A stretch of DNA of 64,000 nucleotides, from contig MIAR01000032.1 of assembly GCA_001829185.1 (NCBI GenBank), positions 80,133-144,132 of the forward strand, in the 5' to 3' direction. Numbering within the stretch: position 1 is the stretch's first letter; every line of letters begins with the position of its first letter. The notes under the pieces were generated by a model. It ran no database searches, was not told the DNA's origin, and was given only the letters and a program-made list of their open reading frames with translations. Of the stretch, positions 34,132 through 41,131 are shown piece after piece. The position numbers were made by a program, and so were the translations under genes. Source of the DNA: Spirochaetes bacterium GWB1_60_80. GTDB taxonomy: Bacteria > Spirochaetota > Spirochaetia > Treponematales > UBA12059.

Positions 34132-34635
34132 ATGTGCCATGATAATTTTGGTGACGCGATGCGCGAGATGGCGCGGGAGGTCAAGGAAGGCTTCAAGGCT
34201 TTCGCTCGTACTATGGAGGAAGAGGGAAATCATGACGGTTGGCGCTGCGGTCCGGATTTTAACGGGTCATTCCGTTTCCGGCACGAGTTTGGCGGCCAAC
34301 CGCGCTATTGTAGCTTCAAGCGTGAGGACGGAGCGCTGGTTTTCCAATTCCTGTTGCCCGGCTTCGATGAGGCCAACATTGAATTGAGCTTCCGGGGCGA
34401 CCACATGTTACTCAAGGCCACCTTGCCGGAAAGCCTGCGCCATGACCGACCGCCGGAATTGGCCTCATTCCTGCGCGACATCGAGAAGCGCGAATATCGC
34501 GTCCCGGCCGCCAGCTATGACCAGGCCGCCACCAAGGCCGTGTTCAAGAATTGCGTCCTGACGGTGACGGTGCCTTCCAAGGAAGCCGCTGATGGTCCGG
34601 CCGTCAAGGTCGAGATTGTAACCGACGTTAATTGA
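34132..34635 (+). CDS. Hsp20/alpha-crystallin-like small heat-shock protein (divergent)
   Basis: FQFLLPGFDEANIELSFRGDHMLLKA...AVFKNCVLTVTVPSKE resembles an alpha-crystallin domain. SD GGGAGG. Confidence 0.55.
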   Translation: MCHDNFGDAMREMAREVKEGFKAFARTMEEEGNHDGWRCGPDFNGSFRFRHEFGGQPRYCSFKREDGALVFQFLLPGFDEANIELSFRGDHMLLKATLPESLRHDRPPELASFLRDIEKREYRVPAASYDQAATKAVFKNCVLTVTVPSKEAADGPAVKVEIVTDVN

Positions 34636-34641
34636 TTTTAT

Positions 34642-34677
34642 GCCCCGGGGCCGGCCCGACCGTTTCCCGGGGCTTTT
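34642..34677 (+). terminator. Rho-independent terminator after the hsp20-like gene
   Basis: GCCCCGGG-16 nt-CCCGGGGC followed by TTTTCCATTTTT. Confidence 0.65.
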
Positions 34678-34683
34678 CCATTT

Positions 34684-35109
34684 TTATTGGATGATGGTCA
34701 AGGGACCGATCGGGTCTTCGGCCGGCCGGCCGGCGTTATAGTCTTTTATTTTACTGATGATCAGATCACGCAGTGCAAGGTCCAGCGCCGCGGCTTCGTC
34801 CCGGAAACGGTCGACGACTGAGGCTGGGATGGGGCCGCCATCGCCTTTCAGGATGCCAGTGCCCATGCGCGAGACGCCTTTTTCAATGAAGGTATCCGAC
34901 ACGATATGCGAGCTGGTATAGTCGCTGGTCCAGGTAAAGGCCCGTTCTTTCAGGTTGCGCGAGTAGCAGAACTGGAAGCCGGTCAGCTGCCCCCCCGGAC
35001 TATCGTACCAGACGATCAGATCGAAAAATGAATTGACAAACCAGCGGCGGTGGCCTTCATCCTGGCGTTGCCGAACGGCCAGGTTTTCCGTTAACGGGTC
35101 ACTTTTCAT
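34684..35109 (-). CDS. Hypothetical protein (no family recognised)
   Basis: 141-aa ORF with SD GGAGG. Divergent from the DUF4129/MoxR operon. Confidence 0.5.
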   Translation of the reverse strand: MKSDPLTENLAVRQRQDEGHRRWFVNSFFDLIVWYDSPGGQLTGFQFCYSRNLKERAFTWTSDYTSSHIVSDTFIEKGVSRMGTGILKGDGGPIPASVVDRFRDEAAALDLALRDLIISKIKDYNAGRPAEDPIGPLTIIQ

Positions 35110-35146
35110 GGTAAATCCTCCGATTCAGGTTGTTTTCTGGATTGGC

Positions 35147-35203
35147 CAGTTGGCTAGCCAGCCGGCAGTTGGCTAGCCAGCCGGCAGCTGGCTGATAGGC
35201 GGG
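35147..35203. repeat. 19-bp tandem repeat (2 exact units plus 1 degenerate), each unit containing the palindrome TGGCTAGCCA
   Basis: CAGTTGGCTAGCCAGCCGG at 35147-35165 and 35166-35184, then CAGCTGGCTGATAGGCGGG at 35185-35203, in a divergent intergenic region. Confidence 0.8.
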
Positions 35204-35255
35204 CAGCCAAAAACTATTTGCTAAACCGATTATAGCATGGCCGATTCTTTTTTTC

Positions 35256-36458
35256 TTGCCAGCCGACACGATACAGTTTATGATCTGCCCCGGTGCCGAT
35301 CCATCACGATTGGCGGCAGGTTTATTAATAATACGAGACGGCGCCGGATACATTGCAAAGCGGCGGCCTATCAGGCTGGGAGCGAGAGTGCCAAAGCAAA
35401 TTTCCGGCCGGAACGGCCGTGATTCCACTATACCCCTGCTGGTGTGCTTGGCCATCCTGGCTGTGCTGGCCATGGTCGTGCCGGCTCCCCTGCGACTTGA
35501 CGTCATTCTGGCTGAGCTTCTGGCTTGGGTGCAGCCGGTGGAAGCGGATAATCTGGCTTCGGCCGGCAAGATATTCCTGGTGGTTTTCATCATTCTCTAC
35601 GGTCTGTTCCTGGTGCCGATCCTGGTTTTTTTGTTCCTCATGATTTATGACAAGATTAAGCTCGAGAATAGCGGTAAAGCCTCCACTATCGTCAAGAAAT
35701 CAGCCAACCAAGTACTGTTCCTCAGCCTCATGGTGCTATTCTTTTCTGGTTTGGTCGCCTTTGCTATCGTCATGAATCGGCCGTCCGCCAGCCAGGAAGC
35801 TGCGACTGGCCTGGTTGGCCCGGCCGTCAAGGAACGGGAAGCCGGTGACCTAGTTGCCAATCTTCCAGCCGACACCTTGGTGTCGTCCGGTGCTGGCTCG
35901 CCGGCGGCGTTGCGGCGCGAGGCGGCCTTCCCGATCGGCCGTTTGCTGCCCTGGCTGGCTGGACTGGTTTGCCTGCTGCTGGTGCTGGGCATAGTCGCCC
36001 CCTATCTGATATTACTGCATCGTCGGGCTCGTGTTGCCGCCGATGCCAAGACAGACAACAGCCTCCTAGACGAGGCTCAAGCGGATTTGTCCGAGCATAT
36101 CGAGCAGGCTCGGCAGCGGCTGCACAAGGGCGACGATGCCCGCGATGCCATTATCGACTGCTATGCCGACATGTGCCTGATTTTCTCGGGCGGCATAGCC
36201 GAGACTCCAGATGGCAGCCAGGCTCTGTACCTGACGGCCCGCGAGTTTCGGGCTAGACTGGCGGTGCGTGGCATTACCCTGGCTGAGGTGGGCAGCCTGA
36301 CTAGTTTATTCGAGAAGGCCCGCTATTCGGATCAACCCTGTACGGACAATGACCGGGCCGACGCCGCTCGGGCGCTCCAGGCTATCAGCCGACACTTGCA
36401 AGGTCTTTCCGGGACAACTGACTCGCCAGACAGGGAAGGTAGCCATGGAGTTATATGA
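35256..36458 (+). CDS. DUF4129-domain membrane protein
   Basis: Several TM helices. C-terminus DAIIDCYADMCLIF...LTAREFRARLAVRGITLAEVGSLTSLFEKARYSDQP matches the DUF4129 pattern. The start is uncertain (TTG 35256 or ATG 35280). Confidence 0.6.
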   Translation: MPADTIQFMICPGADPSRLAAGLLIIRDGAGYIAKRRPIRLGARVPKQISGRNGRDSTIPLLVCLAILAVLAMVVPAPLRLDVILAELLAWVQPVEADNLASAGKIFLVVFIILYGLFLVPILVFLFLMIYDKIKLENSGKASTIVKKSANQVLFLSLMVLFFSGLVAFAIVMNRPSASQEAATGLVGPAVKEREAGDLVANLPADTLVSSGAGSPAALRREAAFPIGRLLPWLAGLVCLLLVLGIVAPYLILLHRRARVAADAKTDNSLLDEAQADLSEHIEQARQRLHKGDDARDAIIDCYADMCLIFSGGIAETPDGSQALYLTAREFRARLAVRGITLAEVGSLTSLFEKARYSDQPCTDNDRADAARALQAISRHLQGLSGTTDSPDREGSHGVI

Positions 36459-36933
36459 AGGTAACCTGCTGAACGACCTATTCAGCTTGCTGAGCGGCTT
36501 GTTTTTCCTGGTGCGGATCGGCCTGGCGTTGGCCTTGGCGGGCTTGTCGTTCAGCCTGGCCTGGAAGGTGATCGGCCGCCGCCAGCCCCAGCCGGAAGTG
36601 CCGGTACTGTTGGCAGCGCGCCGCCAGGGCCTGGCCTGGACTAGCAAGCTGGCTGCCGGTCTGGGCGAAAGCGGCATTTACCGCCACCTGATGGCTGAGC
36701 GCCTGCGTCTGGTAGCCCGGGATATCCTGGCCGTCGAGCAACAATTGTCGGACGAGGCGGCCATCGACGGTTTGCGTGGTCGGCAGGATTACAGTAACCC
36801 AGCCCGCGATTTCATGTTCAGCCACCATCTGGTCAGCCGGCGCGGGCGAGCCACAAAGAAAAAAATTGAAGAGGGCTGTCCGCCCGGTGCCTGGCAGGCT
36901 CTGCGCGAATTAGACGACCGCATACAATCATGA
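36445..36933 (+). CDS. Single-pass membrane protein of the MoxR cluster
   Basis: ATG 36445 after GGAAGG. TM helix LFSLLSGLFFLVRIGLALALAGLSFSLAW. Overlaps the upstream gene by 14 nt and MoxR by 4 nt. Confidence 0.5.
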   Translation: MELYEGNLLNDLFSLLSGLFFLVRIGLALALAGLSFSLAWKVIGRRQPQPEVPVLLAARRQGLAWTSKLAAGLGESGIYRHLMAERLRLVARDILAVEQQLSDEAAIDGLRGRQDYSNPARDFMFSHHLVSRRGRATKKKIEEGCPPGAWQALRELDDRIQS

Positions 36934-37934
36934 TATCGGGAAAGGAAACCGTTTTGGAAAATAATACTGCAGTCGCCGGCGGCAACGCTGCTCAAGCCGC
37001 CCTGTGCGGGCGCATATTGGACGAACTGGAAAAGGCTGTCATCGGCAAGCGGGCCTTCCTGGAAAAGCTGCTGGGGGCGGCCATTGCCGGCGGTCATGTG
37101 CTCATCGAGGACAATCCCGGCTTGGCCAAGACGCTGGCCTCCAAGAGTCTGGCGCGGGTAGCCGGCGGCGTTTTCAAGCGCATCCAGTTCACACCCGACT
37201 TGCTGCCGGCCGACATTACCGGCGCGTATATTCTGGACAAGCAGAGCAACGGGCTGCGCTTGATTGAGGGGCCGATTTTTGCCAACTTCGTGTTGGCCGA
37301 CGAAATCAACCGGGCGCCGCCCAAAACCCAATCGGCGCTGCTTGAGGCTATGGAAGAGAAACAGGCCACCCTGGAGGGTTCCACCTTGGCCCTACCCTCG
37401 CCATTCATGGTTATCGCTACCCAGAATCCGATCGAGTACGAAGGTACCTTTCCCCTGCCCGAGGCTCAGCTCGACCGTTTTTTGGTACGGCTGACCATTG
37501 GCTATCCGACGGCTGACGAGGAGCTTCAGGTGCTGTTGCGCCGGGCCGAGCGCGGCACCGAGGCTCCCGCCCTGATGCAGCAGTGCGATATAGCTGGCCT
37601 GGTCGAATTGAACGCCGCCTCGGAAAAGGTGCATGTTGACGCCGACATTGCTCGTTACGCGGTGGCCCTGGCCCGGGCTACCCGCGAGGCCGGCCGGGTG
37701 GCGGTTGGCGCCAGCCCGCGCGCCTCGCTCGGCCTGCTTAAACTGGCCCGGGCGCGCGCCGTCATGGAAGGCCGCGGCTTCGTCATCCCGGACGACATCA
37801 AGTGGTGCGCCTTCGAAGCGCTGGTACACCGCATTGTGCTGCGGCCAGAAGCCTGGGCGGCCAACACCCATAGCGCCGATGTGGTCAGCGAGGTGATTGG
37901 CGCGGTGCCGGTGCCGCGGGAAACAGCCGGGTGA
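36930..37934 (+). CDS. MoxR-family AAA+ ATPase
   Basis: GHVLIEDNPGLAKTLASKSLA (Walker A variant), NFVLADEINRAPPKTQSALLEAMEE (Walker B), TQNPIEYEGTFPLPEAQLDRF. Confidence 0.85.
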   Translation: MISGKETVLENNTAVAGGNAAQAALCGRILDELEKAVIGKRAFLEKLLGAAIAGGHVLIEDNPGLAKTLASKSLARVAGGVFKRIQFTPDLLPADITGAYILDKQSNGLRLIEGPIFANFVLADEINRAPPKTQSALLEAMEEKQATLEGSTLALPSPFMVIATQNPIEYEGTFPLPEAQLDRFLVRLTIGYPTADEELQVLLRRAERGTEAPALMQQCDIAGLVELNAASEKVHVDADIARYAVALARATREAGRVAVGASPRASLGLLKLARARAVMEGRGFVIPDDIKWCAFEALVHRIVLRPEAWAANTHSADVVSEVIGAVPVPRETAG

Positions 37935-39175
37935 ACCGGTTGCAAGCCCTGGCCGGCTGGCTGGTCTGCCTGGCCAGTGTGGGTGGCCTGCTGACTCAAG
38001 ACGGACGCTGGTTCGCCCTGGCCCTGCCGTTGGCGCTCTGGCTGCTGCTTGGCCGGCATTTTGCGCCGCGGCCAGTCCAGCTCTCTATCGAGCGCCGCTT
38101 CGACCCGGCCTCGCCCGTACCGGGGCAGGTGCTGCGCGTCACGGTCAGCCTGGTCAACCTAGGAGAGCGCTTGGAGCTAGTCAAGCTGGCGGATGAGCTG
38201 CCGGCCTTCGTGACGCTGGCCGGGGGGTCGACCGTCTGGCGCGGTTCGCTGGCGACGGCGCAGGTGGTGGAATTCTGTTACTCGATCCTGTTCAAGCGCG
38301 GCGTTCATTGGTTCGGCAACCCGACCGTCAGCCAGCGGGTGCCTTTCTGGCTAGGCAGCCGCGTCGAGGCCATCCTGGGACGGCAGCTGCTGTTTGCGCC
38401 TTTGTCTCCGGTGGCGGCGCCGGTCGTGCTGGGCGACAGTTCGGCGCTGCGGCCTTTCCCCGGCGTTTCCGGGGTGCGCCGCGCCGGCGAGGGCGCCGAA
38501 TTCTACGGCACGCGCGACTATTACCCCGGCGACCCGCTGCGCAGCCTCAACTGGCGGGCTGGCGCCTTGTGGGGGCAGTCGATCGTCAATATTTTCGAGG
38601 GGGAGCGGGCCATCGATGTCGGCGTCATCCTGGATTGCCGGGCCGAGGCTTACGAAAGCGGCGACCAGTTCGAATCGGCCTGCGTCGGCGCTTTGTCGCT
38701 GTCGCGGGCTTTCCTGGACGGCGGCAACCGGGTAGCCTTCATGCGTTATGGCGCCGATCTCAAGTGGCTGGCGCCTGGCGCCGGTAAGGTGCAAGGCTAC
38801 AAGATCAGCCAGTCCTGCGCCGAGGCGGCCCTGGGCGACCACTTGGCCTTCGAGTACCTGAACAACCTGCCTATCCAGTTGTTTCCGCCGCGTTCGCTGG
38901 TGTTGATGGTCAGCCCGCTGCTGCCGGACGACGTCCGCAGCCTGCGCTCCATGAAGGCCCTGGGCTATGAGGTGGTGGTGCTGAAGCCCGAGTTGGCGCG
39001 CGATATCCAGCCCGGCGACGCTGAGAGCTTGGCCTTTGCCAAGACCCTGCTGCGGCTGGAGAATCAGGTGCTGGTGCGCAAATTGACGACGGCCGGCGTG
39101 GTCATTATGCCATGGGCGATCGGCCAAAACCTGGCCCAGGTCCGGCCGCTGGGCGGGAGGCGCCGCCATGGCTGA
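37931..39175 (+). CDS. DUF58 domain protein (MoxR partner)
   Basis: Two N-terminal TM helices. Hallmark GEGAEFYGTRDYYPGDPLRSLNWRA. GTG start overlaps the MoxR stop by 4 nt. Confidence 0.8.
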   Translation: MNRLQALAGWLVCLASVGGLLTQDGRWFALALPLALWLLLGRHFAPRPVQLSIERRFDPASPVPGQVLRVTVSLVNLGERLELVKLADELPAFVTLAGGSTVWRGSLATAQVVEFCYSILFKRGVHWFGNPTVSQRVPFWLGSRVEAILGRQLLFAPLSPVAAPVVLGDSSALRPFPGVSGVRRAGEGAEFYGTRDYYPGDPLRSLNWRAGALWGQSIVNIFEGERAIDVGVILDCRAEAYESGDQFESACVGALSLSRAFLDGGNRVAFMRYGADLKWLAPGAGKVQGYKISQSCAEAALGDHLAFEYLNNLPIQLFPPRSLVLMVSPLLPDDVRSLRSMKALGYEVVVLKPELARDIQPGDAESLAFAKTLLRLENQVLVRKLTTAGVVIMPWAIGQNLAQVRPLGGRRRHG

Positions 39176-39428
39176 TCAGTTCTTTTTGGTGGCCGCACCG
39201 CTACTGCCCGTGCTCTTCGGTGTAATCCACGGCCTGTCTATCTGGTCGACCTTGGATGGATCGGGTCGGCGCCGCCTTGTTCGGCACGCCGCCGGCTTCA
39301 GCGCCGCCATGCTAGCGCTGACGCTGCTCCTGGTTTTTTTACATGGCATCATCCAGCTGCCGGGCTTGTTGCTGCTTTTCTTGAGCGCGATACTGCTGGT
39401 ATTGGTAGCGCGCTTCCTGTTCCGTTAA
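39168..39428 (+). CDS. Small two-TM membrane protein
   Basis: 86-aa hydrophobic ORF overlapping the DUF58 stop by 8 nt. Confidence 0.45.
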   Translation: MADQFFLVAAPLLPVLFGVIHGLSIWSTLDGSGRRRLVRHAAGFSAAMLALTLLLVFLHGIIQLPGLLLLFLSAILLVLVARFLFR

Positions 39429-39439
39429 AGGATGGTACG

Positions 39440-40288
39440 ATGAACCTTTCCGAGATCCTGCCCGTGATGCAGTCGGTGGCCCGCGAGGCTGGTCAGCTTC
39501 AGCTGCGCTTCTTCCGCCAAACCATGGCGATAACCGAGAAAGGCTCGGCCCGCGATATCGTCACCGAGGCCGACCTGGCGGTCGAGAAACTGGTAGTGGA
39601 GCGCCTGCGCAGCCTGTTCCCGGACTTTAACGTGGTCGGCGAAGAGAACAGCTATGCCGCGACCGCCTCGCCCTGGCGCTGGCTGATCGACCCGATCGAC
39701 GGTACTACCAATTACAGCAAGGGCCTGGCCCATTTCGCCTTGTCGCTGGCGCTGGCCCGCGATGGGGAAGTGCAGCTCGGGGTGGTCTACAACCCGGCCG
39801 CCGGCGAGATGTTCTGGGCGACGCGGGGCGGCGGCGCCTTCCTGAATGGCGACCGCATCAGTGTCTCGACGGTGGACAGCCTACAGAAAGCGCTGCTAGC
39901 TACCGGCTTCTATTATGACCGTGACGAAAAAGTTACCCGTACCCTGCGTCAGGTGAGGGCCTTGTTCGACCAGGACATCATGGGCATCCGCCGTTATGGC
40001 TCGGCTGCCCTGGACCTGTGCTTCCTGGCCTGCGGCCGCTTTGACGGCTATTGGGAGCATACCCTCAACGCCTGGGATTTCGCGGCGGGCTGGTTGATCG
40101 CCGTCGAAGCCGGCGCGGTGGTGGAGGCGGCTGATGGTAAAACCTTGTGCCTGGCCAAGTCCGGCATCATGGCCGCCGCGCCTGGCATCCATGATGCGTT
40201 AACGACCTGCCTGGCCAGCGTTCCTTTGGCTGGTTCTGGCCAGAGCGCCAAGGATAACGATCAGATTGGAGGCTTTAACCATGTCTGA
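39440..40288 (+). CDS. Inositol monophosphatase (SuhB/IMPase) family protein
   Basis: VGEE...WLIDPIDGTTNY and WDFAAG motifs. Confidence 0.8.
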   Translation: MNLSEILPVMQSVAREAGQLQLRFFRQTMAITEKGSARDIVTEADLAVEKLVVERLRSLFPDFNVVGEENSYAATASPWRWLIDPIDGTTNYSKGLAHFALSLALARDGEVQLGVVYNPAAGEMFWATRGGGAFLNGDRISVSTVDSLQKALLATGFYYDRDEKVTRTLRQVRALFDQDIMGIRRYGSAALDLCFLACGRFDGYWEHTLNAWDFAAGWLIAVEAGAVVEAADGKTLCLAKSGIMAAAPGIHDALTTCLASVPLAGSGQSAKDNDQIGGFNHV

Positions 40289-41120
40289 CAGTTATAAAAT
40301 TACCACCAAGCCGTATTACCTGCCGATACGCGACGAGGTCGAAGTCTTCCAGAAGGCCTGGGTGGAGAAGGTGCCGGTCCTCCTAAAGGGGCCAACCGGT
40401 TGCGGCAAGACGCGCTTCGTGGAGTACATGGCCTGGTTCCTGGCCGAGAAGGTCGGCAGGAGCCGGCCGCAACCCAACGGTATCGGCGCCCTGTATACCG
40501 TATCGTGCCATGAGGACCTTACCGCCCGCGACCTGATCGGCCGCTATATCATGAAGGGCGGCGAGGCTGTCTGGGTGGACGGACCAGCTACGGTGGCGGT
40601 GCGCTGCGGCGGCCTCTTGTACCTCGACGAGGTGGTCGAGGCCCGCAAGGACGTGGCCGTGGTCATCCATCCGCTGACCGACCACCGGCGCGTCCTGCCC
40701 ATCGACACTCTCGGCGAAGTGGTGCCGGCGCCCGATTCCTTCATGGTGGTGGCCTCCTACAATCCCGGCTACCAGAGCGTGCGCAAGAATCTCAAACCAT
40801 CCACCAAGCAGCGTTTCATCGCGCTCGATTTCGACTACCCGCCGGCCGACAAGGAACGGGCCATCGTGGCGGCCGAGGGCGGTATCGACGAGGCGACCGC
40901 CGAAAAGCTGGTCTTGCTGGCCAACGACGTGCGTAATATCAGTACTATTGACCTGGAGGAAGGCGTCAGTACGCGGGCCTTGATCCACGCAGCCCGCTTA
41001 ATCAAACGTGGCATGGCCGCCCGGCGCGCCGCCTCGCTGGCCATCGCCCAGGCTATTAGCGACGAATCTGAGGAAATCGCCGCTGTTGAGCTGATCATCG
41101 GCAACATCTTCCAGGCTTGA
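40281..41120 (+). CDS. CbbQ/NorQ/NirQ-type AAA+ ATPase
   Basis: YYLPIRDEVEVFQKAWVEKVPVLLKGPTGCGKTRFVEYMA, LLYLDEVVEAR. ATG 40281 has GGAGG 8 nt upstream and overlaps the IMPase stop by 8 nt. Confidence 0.8.
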   Translation: MSDSYKITTKPYYLPIRDEVEVFQKAWVEKVPVLLKGPTGCGKTRFVEYMAWFLAEKVGRSRPQPNGIGALYTVSCHEDLTARDLIGRYIMKGGEAVWVDGPATVAVRCGGLLYLDEVVEARKDVAVVIHPLTDHRRVLPIDTLGEVVPAPDSFMVVASYNPGYQSVRKNLKPSTKQRFIALDFDYPPADKERAIVAAEGGIDEATAEKLVLLANDVRNISTIDLEEGVSTRALIHAARLIKRGMAARRAASLAIAQAISDESEEIAAVELIIGNIFQA

Positions 41121-41131
41121 GTCAGTCAGAC

